A DNA stretch of 64,000 bases, taken from Candidatus Omnitrophota bacterium (GTDB lineage Bacteria > Hinthialibacterota > Hinthialibacteria > Hinthialibacterales > Hinthialibacteraceae). Both the position numbers and the translations under genes were made by a program. Numbering within the stretch: the first letter of the stretch is position 1; each line of letters begins with the position of its first letter. The DNA is taken from the NCBI GenBank assembly GCA_040755155.1, contig JBFMBP010000032.1:26828-90827 (forward strand), in the 5' to 3' direction. Below the pieces are notes generated by a model. The model was not told the DNA's origin and did not search any database. It saw only the letters and a program-made list of their open reading frames with translations. Below are positions 1 through 10,235 of the stretch, piece by piece.

Positions 1-1665
1 AAAGCGCCCTTTAATCAATGGGATGTTCATTGTCTTGAAATAATCGGGAGTAATCGTGCGATATTCCGCCGTAATGAATTCGCCAACCGGCCGCGGACGT
101 CCTTCGATGATGAAACTGTTATTGGAGTTATACGGCGTCAATGGATGCATGTTGATCGCAGCGGCCGATTCGACGCCGGGAAGCGCGGCGATGCGCTCGA
201 CGATCCGATTGAAAAAACGGGCGCGGCTTCGCCAGTCTTGATTCATGGGAGTGGAGGGACGTTCGATTTGCGCGGCCAGGACATGATTCGGATCGAAGCC
301 GAGCGTGGCGTTTTGCAGATTGTAGAAGCTCGCGATCAGGAGTCCCGCTCCCATCAGGAGAATCAAAGCCAAAGCGATTTCCGCAATGACTAAGCCGCCG
401 AGGATGCGATGACGGGACGAACCGGAAGACGATCCGCGTCCGCCTTCCTTTAGTATCTCGTTGATTTTCGATTTGGAAATCTGCCAGGCGGGAACCACTC
501 CGAACAAGAGACCCGTCATCAAGGAGAGAACTAGCGTGAATCCCATGATCGCGGGATCGATGCCAATTTCATCGAAGCCTGGAATGCCCACGCCTCCCGT
601 TTCCACGCCGCGAGGAGCGATAAAGCGCAGCGCATCCAATCCCCATAATGCGAACATCAATCCCAGACATCCGCCGAAAAGCGACAACACTACGCTCTCG
701 GTCAGCGCCTGGCGGAAGATGCGCCATCGCCCCGCGCCCAACGCCGTGCGGATGGCGATCTCTTTACTGCGGGAACCAGCCTTGGCCAATAACAGGTTGG
801 CGACGTTGACGCAGGCGATCAATAGCAGAAAACCGACTGCGCCATAGAGAATAAGAAACGCCGTCTTGATTTCTCGAACCAGCATTTCTTTGAGCGGTTG
901 AACAATGACGCCTTTGTTTTTGTTGGAATCGACGTATTTCTCTTCCAAACGGTTGGCGATCAAACTCATTTCCGCCTGCGCTTGGTCGAGAGAAGCTCCT
1001 TCTTTCAACCGGCCCAGTATGCCCAAGGAATGGCTGCCGCGATTGCGGTTGAGGTCTTCCTTTTTGAAAGGAACGAAAAGTTGCGCCATCTCCTCGATAA
1101 AACCCATCATTGGCGGCGCCACGCCGATCACCGTCCACGGTTCTTCCCCCAACGCGATCTTCTTGCCGACAATATTGGGATCGGAAGCAAAAAGATTTTT
1201 CCAAAGCCGGTCGCTCAAAACCGCGACTCGCTCTTTTCCCCCTTCCGATTCTTCAGGAAGAAATCCCCGTCCCAACGCGGGAGTGCCGCCGATGGCGTCG
1301 AAGAAATTCGTCGTCGCCCGTATGCCGAGCAAGGCTTTCGGCTCGCCCATGCCGGTCAAACTGAATTTGCAATCCGTCTGCATCGCGCACAATTCTTGAA
1401 AGACCGTGTTCTGTTCCACCCAGTCGAGGTAATCCGGTCCGGAACTGTTGCCCTGACCGCCGCCGCGCCATGTGGTTTGCACCCACATGATTTCTTCCGG
1501 TTGCGGAAAAGGCAGCGGGCTGAGCAGAACGCTGTAAATCAAGCTGAAAAGCGCCGTATTCGCTCCGATGCCAATCGCCAGCGCCAACGCCGCAAAGATG
1601 GAAACGTTGGGATTCTTCAACAACATGCGAAAGCCGAAACGGATGTCTTGGATTAGCGATGTCAT
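1..1665 (-). CDS. ADOP-type duplicated FtsX/MacB-like ABC permease (paralog 1 of 4), 3' part cut by left window edge
   Basis: Not in the ORF track because there is no stop inside the window. ATG at 1665-1663 with GGAG upstream. My translation MTSLIQDIRFGFRMLLKNPN... is near-identical to the N-terminus of the 1695..4226 paralog. Frame spot-checked open at 1200-1141 (KNLFASDPNIVGKKIALGEE), 780-721 (AGSRSKEIAIRTALGAGRWR) and 120-1 (...TPDYFKTMNIPLIKGRF, second periplasmic domain). About 555 codons are present. Confidence 0.85.
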   Translation of the reverse strand, partial: MTSLIQDIRFGFRMLLKNPNVSIFAALALAIGIGANTALFSLIYSVLLSPLPFPQPEEIMWVQTTWRGGGQGNSSGPDYLDWVEQNTVFQELCAMQTDCKFSLTGMGEPKALLGIRATTNFFDAIGGTPALGRGFLPEESEGGKERVAVLSDRLWKNLFASDPNIVGKKIALGEEPWTVIGVAPPMMGFIEEMAQLFVPFKKEDLNRNRGSHSLGILGRLKEGASLDQAQAEMSLIANRLEEKYVDSNKNKGVIVQPLKEMLVREIKTAFLILYGAVGFLLLIACVNVANLLLAKAGSRSKEIAIRTALGAGRWRIFRQALTESVVLSLFGGCLGLMFALWGLDALRFIAPRGVETGGVGIPGFDEIGIDPAIMGFTLVLSLMTGLLFGVVPAWQISKSKINEILKEGGRGSSSGSSRHRILGGLVIAEIALALILLMGAGLLIASFYNLQNATLGFDPNHVLAAQIERPSTPMNQDWRSRARFFNRIVERIAALPGVESAAAINMHPLTPYNSNNSFIIEGRPRPVGEFITAEYRTITPDYFKTMNIPLIKGRF

Positions 1666-1694
1666 TTATATACGCTCCATTATCAAAAATAAAT

Positions 1695-4226
1695 TTACTC
1701 GCACCGCAGCGCAGTCATGGGATCGACTCTCGCGGCGCGGCGTGCGGGGAGGTAACAGGCTAGAAGCGTGACGCCGTTCAAAACCACAAAAACTACAAAA
1801 TAGGTTATCGGATCCATCGGTGTTATTCCATAAAGCATGTTTGAAATTACGCGCGTGATTGCAAACGCACCCAGTAGACCAAGCCCAACACCGATCAGAG
1901 TGGGCTTCATTACCTGTCTGACGACCATTTTCATAATTTCGTTTCTAGTAGCGCCCAGGGCCATGCGGATTCCGATCTCCTGGGTGTGTTGGGAGACGAA
2001 AAAAGCGATCAAACCGTATATGCCGATCGATGCCAATAACAAAGCCGTTAAAGCGGGGACGCCCAAGAAAATCATAGTAAGACGCTGAGGAGAGATCATA
2101 CTATAAAACTGCTCGTATAAGGTTCTGATAGAGTTGATCACGACATTGCTATCCACAGTTGCAACCTCTTTTTTTATGGAAGATATCATGGAACCTGGAT
2201 CAAAATTCGTTCGGATAAACAGAGTCATATCAAAAATAAAACCCGATTGAAGGTAGGGAATATAAACTTCTGGATCACCTGGTTTACCTCTCCCAATATG
2301 TTTCACATCACCCACTACGCCGACAATCTCGCGGGCAATAGACGTCGGTTTCTTACTCGATTTGGATTGATCCTTGGAACTGTTATTCGATTTACGATCG
2401 CTGAATGTGATGTAGCGTCCAATGGGACTTTCATTTGGCCAAAAGCGTCGCATCATTGATTGATTGATGATCACCACCGGCGAAGCGGCAGCAGTATCCT
2501 GATCCGTGAAATGCCTGCCTTGGATCAACGGAGTTTTTAACGCGCGAAAATAATCGGGAAAGAGTTCCCAATATGGTATCCAAAAATGATCGCGGTCGGG
2601 CAAACTTTTATCAAAATCGGATAACTCGTTGTAGGTGGTATTGGTATAGCCATCGATCTTACATGGCTTCATGTTGCCCGTTCCGCCAAGAGGAGAAGAA
2701 TTGGCGGCGCTGACCACCTGCGTTCCGGGCAGATTCTTGATGCGGTCCTGGACTTCCTGAAAAAACGCCAGACAACGTTGCGGCTGGGAATAGGGCGGTT
2801 TTAACCAATCCAACTCAATCCTCGCCGTGATGACATTTTCCCGGTCGTATCCAGGATCGATCGTCAGAAGACCTAAATATCTATGAATCGTCAATCCCGC
2901 TGCAATCAACAGAACGAACGCTATCGCGATTTGCGATGTAACAAGATAATTGAGCAATCCATAGGAACGAAATCCGCCGCTCAATCTTCGGCTTCCTTCT
3001 TTTAATGTTTCCGTTAGGTTTGTTTTCACGCCAACCAGCGCAGGCGTTAAACCAAAAAGCAAACCTGTCATTAGGGATATCAATAATGCGAATAAAAGAA
3101 CTCGAGTATCGATAGCGACGTCCGCATACCAGGGTATATAGTAGGGTTTAAGCAGAACAAGAGAATCTATGCTCCAAACGGTTAAAAAAACGCCCAAAAC
3201 GCCTCCGAATCCGGCCAATAAAACGCTCTCGACGAGTAGTTGTTGAAATATTCGCAAACGCCCTGCGCCTACTGCGCTGCGGATGGCGATTTCCTTTTGG
3301 CGCGACGAGACTTTGGCTAACAATAAATTCGCAGCATTGATGCAGGCCACAAGCAATACCAAACCGGCGATCGCCTGAAGAACAAAAAATAGTTCTTTTC
3401 GAAAGATCTCCAATGCGAGGCGGGCATAAACCTCATTCAGAGATAGTACCGAAAAATGGACTCCTTTATTTGAGTCTGGATAAGCTTGCTCCAGATGTTC
3501 GGCAATGAGATTCAGGTCTTCTTGCGCCCGTATTCTTGCAATCCCTGGCTTAAGGCGTCCAACGGTTGCAAGAAACCTTTTTCCGCGATTGACCGTATCC
3601 ATTCCTGGAAGACATGATAAGGGGATCCACAAGGAGTTTTGGCGAGTAAACTCAAAACGAAAATTCGGCGGCGTGATCCCTACCACTGTAAAAGGCTGGT
3701 TATCGATGAAGATGGATTGACCAAGGATATTGGGATCGGAGGAAAAACGATTCATCCAATAATCATGGTTTAAAATCACTACAGGCTTCCCGCCCGGTTG
3801 GTGTTCATCAGGAAGAAAAGTACGTCCCAATATGGGTTTGACGCCCAACGTCGAGAAGAAATCGGAAGAAATGTAAATGGCGTTGATGCGCTCCATGCTG
3901 TCGCCAGTCCGCACCTGACGCCATTCCGCACCATAGTAGACCGCGAATCCCTCGAAAACTTGGTTCTGATCACACAAATCGGCAAAATTGGGATACGAAA
4001 CGCTGGTTCTGGAATTGTTCTCTTCGATTTTTGTTTGGTAAACGCGTACGAGCCGATGGGCATCGTTATAAGGCAGTGGACGTAACAGAACGGCATTGAT
4101 AACACTAAAAATGACCGTGTTCGCAGCAATGCCAATTCCCAATAGAACGGCAATCGTCAATGTCAGCCGCTTATTTTTGATTAACATGCGCAAGCCGAAA
4201 CGGATATCCTGGATCAATGACGTCAT
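1695..4226 (-). CDS. ADOP-type duplicated FtsX/MacB-like ABC permease (paralog 2)
   Basis: 843-aa ORF. N-terminus MTSLIQDIRFGLRML plus a TM helix. Two MacB-type periplasmic domains, each followed by FtsX helices (..EIAIRSAVGAGRLRI.. and ..EIGIRMALGATRNEI..). C-terminal ..VDPMTALRCE as in the TIGR03434 (ADOP) family. Confidence 0.9.
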   Translation of the reverse strand: MTSLIQDIRFGLRMLIKNKRLTLTIAVLLGIGIAANTVIFSVINAVLLRPLPYNDAHRLVRVYQTKIEENNSRTSVSYPNFADLCDQNQVFEGFAVYYGAEWRQVRTGDSMERINAIYISSDFFSTLGVKPILGRTFLPDEHQPGGKPVVILNHDYWMNRFSSDPNILGQSIFIDNQPFTVVGITPPNFRFEFTRQNSLWIPLSCLPGMDTVNRGKRFLATVGRLKPGIARIRAQEDLNLIAEHLEQAYPDSNKGVHFSVLSLNEVYARLALEIFRKELFFVLQAIAGLVLLVACINAANLLLAKVSSRQKEIAIRSAVGAGRLRIFQQLLVESVLLAGFGGVLGVFLTVWSIDSLVLLKPYYIPWYADVAIDTRVLLFALLISLMTGLLFGLTPALVGVKTNLTETLKEGSRRLSGGFRSYGLLNYLVTSQIAIAFVLLIAAGLTIHRYLGLLTIDPGYDRENVITARIELDWLKPPYSQPQRCLAFFQEVQDRIKNLPGTQVVSAANSSPLGGTGNMKPCKIDGYTNTTYNELSDFDKSLPDRDHFWIPYWELFPDYFRALKTPLIQGRHFTDQDTAAASPVVIINQSMMRRFWPNESPIGRYITFSDRKSNNSSKDQSKSSKKPTSIAREIVGVVGDVKHIGRGKPGDPEVYIPYLQSGFIFDMTLFIRTNFDPGSMISSIKKEVATVDSNVVINSIRTLYEQFYSMISPQRLTMIFLGVPALTALLLASIGIYGLIAFFVSQHTQEIGIRMALGATRNEIMKMVVRQVMKPTLIGVGLGLLGAFAITRVISNMLYGITPMDPITYFVVFVVLNGVTLLACYLPARRAARVDPMTALRCE

Positions 4227-4255
4227 TTGTTATGCTCCATTTCAATAAAAAGAAT

Positions 4256-6727
4256 TCACTCGCACCTCAGCGCGATCATGGGATCGACGTTGGCCGCGCG
4301 GCGCGCGGGAATCAGTGCGGCGAGCGCGGCTATTATAAAAATGGCTAAGATGGCTATCGCGAATGTCATAGGATCCGTGGAAGCAACGCCATACAATTGG
4401 CTTTGGATCAGCCTCGTAATTCCCAAAGCGCCTAGTCCGCCCAAAAGAGCGCCCGCCATGGCCATTAGCAAGGCGTCGCGCAGAATCGGCCAGAAGATGC
4501 GACGGCCCGTCGCTCCCAACGCCATGCGGATGCCTATTTCGTTCGTACGTTGAGAAACGTTGTACGCCATTAGACCGTACAAGCCTATGCAAGCCAGCAT
4601 GACAGCTAATATAGCGAGAGCGCTGCACAGAATGGCGAACATCCATTCTGAAGAAATCAATTTATCGCGTAATTGTTTTTGAGTGGCGATTCGTAGAATG
4701 GGAACATTGGGATCGACGGCCGCCATTGTTCTGCGAACGCCGTTAACAATCGTCGAAGGGGTGAGATTGGAATTGATCGCGATAAAGGCGCTATGCTCCC
4801 TTCGAAAGATGCTATCTTGGCGGCATGGAAAATAGACGGTGGGCGGAATTTCTTGCTTAATATTGTTATATTTGGCATCGGCGCAAACGCCAACGATTTG
4901 CCAATCCGTATCCTTCACACGGAGAATCTGGCCGATGGGATAGACATCCGGCAAGTATTGTTGGACAAAGGTTTCGTTGACTACGACTATTTTAGGAGCG
5001 TTGGCCGTATCGGCGGCGGTAAACACTCGTCCCACTCGCAAAGGAATATCCATCGTCGTAAAAAACGTTTCGCCTACTGTCAGCCGATAGGGCATTGAAC
5101 CTTGAGCATTGGGGTGATCAGGCAATGTAAAAAAGTGGCCATTAGTGCACCAGCCAGTCAATAAAGCCAGATGGGAGAGCGCAGTCGAGCGAACGCCGGG
5201 AATAGCCGCCAGTGCGGATTGCGTTCGATCGAAATATTCCTCGATCTCTTGTCCCTGATAACCGGCTTTTCCTGGATTTACTTCTAGCCACAACAATTTC
5301 TCCATTGCAAATCCCGGATCGATCATTACGATGTTCACTAATGTACGAACATACAGTCCTGCGCCGGTCAATAACAATAATGAAAATGCCATTTGAGCGA
5401 TCACGAGCGTTTTCCCGCTGCGCAAGCGATTTGTTCCCAGAACGGCGTGGGATTTGAGTCCCGGCAAAGGATCTCTATAAGCGGCGCGCAACGCGGGAAG
5501 CAGACCTGATATCAATGCTGTCGCTACGGAAACGGCGAGAACGAAACCCAGCACGCGAAGATCGAGCGAAGTATCGTAACGAAGTCCATCCGGCTTACCG
5601 GTAAGGAGGCGAGCCACCAAATCTTTTCCCCAAAGCGCAAACAACAATCCAAAACCGGAGCCGATCATGCAAAGCAATACGTTTTCCGTCAGGGTTTGGC
5701 GAATCATTCGCCAGCGTCCCGCGCCTACGGCGGCGCGTACGGAAAATTCATGTTGCCGGGCGGCGCCTCGCGCCAGCAAAAGTCCGGCGAGGTTGGCGCA
5801 GACTACCAGCGCCACCACGCCCACTATGCCGAATAGCAACATCAAAGGTTTCTTATATTCGTCTTGCTCATAATCCCGCGCGCCCCGGCGGCCATCGTCC
5901 ATGTAGATTTTGGTATTCGTCATCCACTGATCGGACGCATGGGCGAAAGCGACATCGAGCGACGCCTGCAATTGCGATTCCGAAACGCCGGGTTTTATTC
6001 TTGCAATAAGAGGAACCCACCAGCGGCCGGGATTGGCTAATTGGCAGTCGGACCTAAGTTGCGGTTGAGCGGCCATGGAGACGTAAAACTCGAATTCGTT
6101 GCCGGGGCGTATGCTAGGAAATCCTCGTGGAAGGATGCCAATGACAGTGAAACTATGGCCGTCTATCGTGAGGGACTGGCCAAGCGCACTGGGATCGAGA
6201 TCGAATTGCCGCTCCCACAAAGAATAAGAGATAATCGTCTCCAGCGCATCGCCCTCGGTAGATTCTCCCGGTATAAACAACCGCCCAATCAGCGGCCGCG
6301 CCTGCAAAGCCGAAAAGAAGTTGTCCGACGTCAACAATCCTTCGGCGCTGAACGCTTCGCGCCGAGCGCGGACTATTACCTTGTCCGTTTCTTTAAATCC
6401 AAATATATCCGCCTCCCCGGCGCATTGCTCTCGAAGGTTTTCAAAAACAGGATAGGAGAATCCGTCGCCAACCTCGCGGCCATCGCGTAGACTCCAACCT
6501 CCCGAGATGCCATTAAATTTCAGATCGTCCCCCGCCCATTGGATTGTGCGGAGTTCGTGCGGATTGGGAACCGGCAGCGAACGGAGGAGAATGGCGTTAA
6601 TCAGCGAAAAAATCGAAGCGCTCGCGCCAATTCCCAATGCAAGCGATAGCGTCGCCACCGTCGTAAAACCCAAGTTCTTTGTCAACATCCTCAAGCCATA
6701 ACGGATATCTTGCCATAACACCGACAT
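4256..6727 (-). CDS. ADOP-type duplicated FtsX/MacB-like ABC permease (paralog 3)
   Basis: ORF 4256..6745 with the same two-repeat architecture (..EFSVRAAVGAGRWRM.. / ..EIGIRMALGATGRRI..) and the ..VDPMIALRCE end. I place the start at the ATG at 6727 (MSVLWQDIRYGLRML). An AAGGAG-like site (6733-6739) lies between the two candidate ATGs, and this start matches the paralog N-termini. The longer start at 6745 is possible. Confidence 0.88.
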   Translation of the reverse strand: MSVLWQDIRYGLRMLTKNLGFTTVATLSLALGIGASASIFSLINAILLRSLPVPNPHELRTIQWAGDDLKFNGISGGWSLRDGREVGDGFSYPVFENLREQCAGEADIFGFKETDKVIVRARREAFSAEGLLTSDNFFSALQARPLIGRLFIPGESTEGDALETIISYSLWERQFDLDPSALGQSLTIDGHSFTVIGILPRGFPSIRPGNEFEFYVSMAAQPQLRSDCQLANPGRWWVPLIARIKPGVSESQLQASLDVAFAHASDQWMTNTKIYMDDGRRGARDYEQDEYKKPLMLLFGIVGVVALVVCANLAGLLLARGAARQHEFSVRAAVGAGRWRMIRQTLTENVLLCMIGSGFGLLFALWGKDLVARLLTGKPDGLRYDTSLDLRVLGFVLAVSVATALISGLLPALRAAYRDPLPGLKSHAVLGTNRLRSGKTLVIAQMAFSLLLLTGAGLYVRTLVNIVMIDPGFAMEKLLWLEVNPGKAGYQGQEIEEYFDRTQSALAAIPGVRSTALSHLALLTGWCTNGHFFTLPDHPNAQGSMPYRLTVGETFFTTMDIPLRVGRVFTAADTANAPKIVVVNETFVQQYLPDVYPIGQILRVKDTDWQIVGVCADAKYNNIKQEIPPTVYFPCRQDSIFRREHSAFIAINSNLTPSTIVNGVRRTMAAVDPNVPILRIATQKQLRDKLISSEWMFAILCSALAILAVMLACIGLYGLMAYNVSQRTNEIGIRMALGATGRRIFWPILRDALLMAMAGALLGGLGALGITRLIQSQLYGVASTDPMTFAIAILAIFIIAALAALIPARRAANVDPMIALRCE

Positions 6728-6829
6728 CGCCCTTCTCCTTTTCATCCAGATACCGGTTTTATCCCCCAGCGAATTGTTTATCTACTCGATAGATAATGTA
6801 AATATATCATTCCATTGCTTAAGATGGAT

Positions 6830-9280
6830 TTACTCGCACCGCAGCGCAATCATGGGATCGACGTTGGCCGCTTTGCGGGCGGGGATATAGCATGCCAATA
6901 GAGAGACGACTCCCAAAAGAATGGAAATGACAATGTAAGTTGCGGGATCGGCGGCGCCAATTCCATAGAGCGAACTGGCCAATACTCTTGTAACGGCGAA
7001 GGAGACGGCCAGGCCGATCGTCACGCCGATTAAAATCAATTTGAAACCCTGCCATACGACCATGCGCACGACGTCGTTCATCTGGGCGCCCAAGGCCATG
7101 CGTACGCCGATTTCATGAGTCCTCTGGCTGACGGAATAGGCGATAATTCCGTATATTCCCAGCGAAGAAAGTATCAGCGCCACCACGGAAACCATGGAAA
7201 CGAGAATCATGCGAAAACGTTCCATAATCATCGTATCGGTAATCAACCGATCCATGCTGCGGAGATTTTGGATGGGCATGTCGGGATCGATCGCCCGGAT
7301 TTGTTGCCGTACCGCCGGAGCGAGCTTGTAAGGATCGCCTTTCGTACGAATGGCGAAACAGATCGAACCTCCGGGACGATGCAGGAAAGGCGTAAAAATC
7401 GCCGGACGGAATTCGCTCGTCATGCCGTATTCTTTGACGTTGCCGACGACGCCGACGATTTCGTAGGGGTGGGAATCCCAATCGGGAATCGTTAGGTATT
7501 TCCCGATAGGATCGCCGCCATTCTCGATGCGCCGCGCCAAAAACTCATTGATAATAATCCGGCGGCTTTCCGAATTTTCGTCATCCGGCGAAAAAAATCG
7601 GCCTTTCAACAAAGAAATTTTCATGGCTTGGAAATAGGCGGGATTGATTTGGCGGATTTCCGCCGTTTGTACATCTCGCGAATCCCCCGATTCCCGGCCC
7701 GGAATTTCGTAAACCGCGCTCGTTCCCCAGGTCAAAGGCAAAATGCTGGTAACTCCGGCCGACTCCGCGCCGGGAATCTTTTCGATGCGTTCGATGGCGT
7801 TTCTGTAGAAGGCTGTTTTTTGATGGTCTTCTTTATATTTGCTATTGGTGAGAGGGAGATGGAATGTAAGAAGATTATCCGAATCGAAACCAATATCGAT
7901 ATGTTGGAGACGGGCGAAACTATTGACTAACAATCCCGCGCCAATCAATAGAATCAAAGATAAAGCGATTTCGCTTACGACCAGATAACGCAGAATGCGC
8001 CCGCTCTTCGTTCGTCCAACTGAACCGCGTCCTCCTTCGTTCAAAGTTTCCACGATGTTGGTTTTGGAGGTTTGCAGCGCCGGAGCCAGACCAAACAACA
8101 ATCCCGTCAGAATGGAGACGGCGAATGTAAATCCTAACACATTAATATCAATGCCGGCGCGCAGGATAAATGGCGCAAGCCCGGGAGGCAGAAGACCAAC
8201 CATCAGATCCAATCCCCACAGCGTCAACATCAATCCGCCAATTCCGCCCAAGCAAGAGAGAATGACGCTTTCCGTCAATATTTGACGTATGATGCGAAAA
8301 CGGCTGGCGCCAAGAGAGGTGCGAATGGCGATTTCTTTCTGCCGGATTCCGGCGCGAGCCAGGAGCAGGCTGGCGACGATCGAACAGGCCAACAAAAGCA
8401 CGAAGCCCACTGCGCCATGAAGAACGATTAACGTCTGCGTCATCAGACGCACCAAGCGATCGATCATCGGTTCGACAAATAGATGGTATTTTTGGTTAGC
8501 TTCGGGATACTCCTTTTCGAGATTTTTGGAGATCACATCGATTTCGGCGCGGGCTTGTTGCAAAGAAACGCCTTCCTTCAACATAGCGACCGCGTTGTAA
8601 TAACGGTTGTTGCGATTTTCTTTTACGCGATCGCTTGGTAAGGGAAGCCACATTTTCGCTTCGCCTTCCAAAAAACCCATTTCCGATGGCAGCACTCCTA
8701 GAACGGTATACGGCGTTCCATCCAAAAAAATCTTGCGGTTCAGTATATCCTTGTCTCCGCCGAAATGTTCTTTCCAATAACCGTACCCTAATAATACGAC
8801 TCGTTCCTTTCCTGGCTGTTCTTCTTCGGCGGAAAAGGGCCTGCCGAGAGTCATTGACAGCGTACCGGTCGTCCGAAATATTTCTGCTGTCATCATATAA
8901 ACGGAAATTCTCTCCGGCTCGCCATCTCCCGTCAGGTTATACCAATTCACCGTAACGAGAGCGAGCGAATCGAAAGACTGGCTTTGTCGCTTCAAATCCA
9001 AGTAATTCGGTCCGGATATGGCGGTGCTGTTGACATCCTCGCCTTCTTGAATTTCGCAAACGCGCATCATCCGCTCCAGATGGGGAAACGGCATGGGACT
9101 CAACATGATGGAATTCACTAAGCTGAAAATCGTCGAATTCGCGCCAATGCCGATCGTCAACGCCAAAACCGCCAACAGCGTAATCCACCGGTTTTTGACT
9201 AACATTCGGATGCCGAAACGAACGTCTTGCAAAAATGTTGACATGTTTTCGATTCCATATTTTCTATTTTCTTTGCCCAT
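6830..9280 (-). CDS. ADOP-type duplicated FtsX/MacB-like ABC permease (paralog 4)
   Basis: 816-aa ORF with the same architecture (..EIAIRTSLGASRFRI.. / ..EIGVRMALGAQMNDV..), ending ..VDPMIALRCE. By homology the start could be the internal ATG at 9244 (MSTFLQDVRFGIRML). Confidence 0.88.
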   Translation of the reverse strand: MGKENRKYGIENMSTFLQDVRFGIRMLVKNRWITLLAVLALTIGIGANSTIFSLVNSIMLSPMPFPHLERMMRVCEIQEGEDVNSTAISGPNYLDLKRQSQSFDSLALVTVNWYNLTGDGEPERISVYMMTAEIFRTTGTLSMTLGRPFSAEEEQPGKERVVLLGYGYWKEHFGGDKDILNRKIFLDGTPYTVLGVLPSEMGFLEGEAKMWLPLPSDRVKENRNNRYYNAVAMLKEGVSLQQARAEIDVISKNLEKEYPEANQKYHLFVEPMIDRLVRLMTQTLIVLHGAVGFVLLLACSIVASLLLARAGIRQKEIAIRTSLGASRFRIIRQILTESVILSCLGGIGGLMLTLWGLDLMVGLLPPGLAPFILRAGIDINVLGFTFAVSILTGLLFGLAPALQTSKTNIVETLNEGGRGSVGRTKSGRILRYLVVSEIALSLILLIGAGLLVNSFARLQHIDIGFDSDNLLTFHLPLTNSKYKEDHQKTAFYRNAIERIEKIPGAESAGVTSILPLTWGTSAVYEIPGRESGDSRDVQTAEIRQINPAYFQAMKISLLKGRFFSPDDENSESRRIIINEFLARRIENGGDPIGKYLTIPDWDSHPYEIVGVVGNVKEYGMTSEFRPAIFTPFLHRPGGSICFAIRTKGDPYKLAPAVRQQIRAIDPDMPIQNLRSMDRLITDTMIMERFRMILVSMVSVVALILSSLGIYGIIAYSVSQRTHEIGVRMALGAQMNDVVRMVVWQGFKLILIGVTIGLAVSFAVTRVLASSLYGIGAADPATYIVISILLGVVSLLACYIPARKAANVDPMIALRCE

Positions 9281-9304
9281 CGCCGTTCCGCCAGCGAAGG
9301 GATT

Positions 9305-10042
9305 TTACAACGCCTCTATGGCAGCAGGTTTTGCGGATTCGCCGAACGAATCGTGCAGTTCTTCTTCCACGATTTGGCCGTCGAAGAGATGAACGCTGCG
9401 GTCGGCGTGCTGCGCGTAGCGCGGATCGTGGGTTACCATGCAAATGGTCGCGCCTTCGCGGTGCAGGTCGCGCAGCAGTTCCATAACTACTTCGCCGTTA
9501 TGGGAATCGAGGTTGCCCGTCGGTTCGTCCGCCAACAGGATCGAGGGTTCTCCCGCTACGGCGCGGGCGACGGCGACGCGCTGCTGCTGGCCGCCGGAAA
9601 GCTGGGCGGGGTAGTGCTTCATGCGATGCGACATGCCTACTTTCTCCAGCGCCTCGATAGTCCGTTTTTTCCGTTCCGCCGCCGTCATCCCGCGATAGGT
9701 CAAAGGCAGTTCGACGTTTTCGTACACCGTCAAATCGCCGATCAAGTTGAAACTTTGGAAAATGAAGCCGATTTCCTTGTTGCGGATGCGGGCGCGCTGG
9801 CTCAAAGAGAGTTCGGAGGCGTTGGTCCCGTTCAAAATGTAAGTTCCATCGGACGGCGCATCCAGCAGGCCCATAATGGAAAGCAGCGTCGATTTCCCGC
9901 AGCCCGAAGGTCCGGCGATGGCGATGTAATCGCCCTTGTCGATCGTTAAATGTATGTTTGTCAAAGCATGAGTTTCCACTTCTTCGGTGACGAAGACCTT
10001 GCGGATGTCGGTCATTTGAATAAGACCGGAATTGTGACTCAT
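9305..10042 (-). CDS. ABC transporter ATP-binding protein (MacB/LolD-type ATPase), copy 2
   Basis: 245 aa. Walker A GPSGCGKST, signature LSGGQQQRVAVARA, Walker [14 protein letters not shown]-loop VTHD. Confidence 0.92.
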   Translation of the reverse strand: MSHNSGLIQMTDIRKVFVTEEVETHALTNIHLTIDKGDYIAIAGPSGCGKSTLLSIMGLLDAPSDGTYILNGTNASELSLSQRARIRNKEIGFIFQSFNLIGDLTVYENVELPLTYRGMTAAERKKRTIEALEKVGMSHRMKHYPAQLSGGQQQRVAVARAVAGEPSILLADEPTGNLDSHNGEVVMELLRDLHREGATICMVTHDPRYAQHADRSVHLFDGQIVEEELHDSFGESAKPAAIEAL

Positions 10043-10125
10043 GGCGCCTCTCCTTTACCGTTTGGCTATTGCTTTTTCGTTTATAAGTTTTCTAGTAATT
10101 TAATAACTCATGTTACGCAATCCCA

Positions 10126-10156
10126 TTCCCTCGCCCTCTGGGAGAGGGTTAGGGTG
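10126..10156. repeat. Half-copy of the nested-palindrome repeat family (ttccctcgccctctgggagagggttagggtg)
   Basis: Matches the right arms (reverse complement) of the full elements at 14639-14800 and 25619-25712, including the flanking catgttacg motif at 10109-10118. Lies in the 194-bp spacer between the two ATPase genes. Confidence 0.7.
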
Positions 10157-10173
10157 TGGGCTTTTAATCTGTG

Positions 10174-10205
10174 TAGGGTGGGCTCAAAGCGAAGCGTAGC
10201 CCATC
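10174..10205 (+). repeat. REP-like hairpin, family B (tagggtgggctcaaagcgaagcgtagcccatc)
   Basis: Stem gggtgggct/agcccatc(c). Related copies at 17331-17365, 24449-24483, 25010-25043 and 57639-57670. Confidence 0.75.
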
Positions 10206-10235
10206 ATTCTCCTACTAAAAATTCACGTCGCTCCG

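Noticed and set aside
898-1656. 252-aa plus-strand ORF, with neighbours 461..847, 905..1399 and 1110..1364, overlapping the first permease gene
   Set aside because: They lie antisense or out of frame to a minus-strand frame that translates into a clean ADOP permease. Their peptides are low-complexity and R/P/G-rich with no motifs, typical of shadow ORFs.
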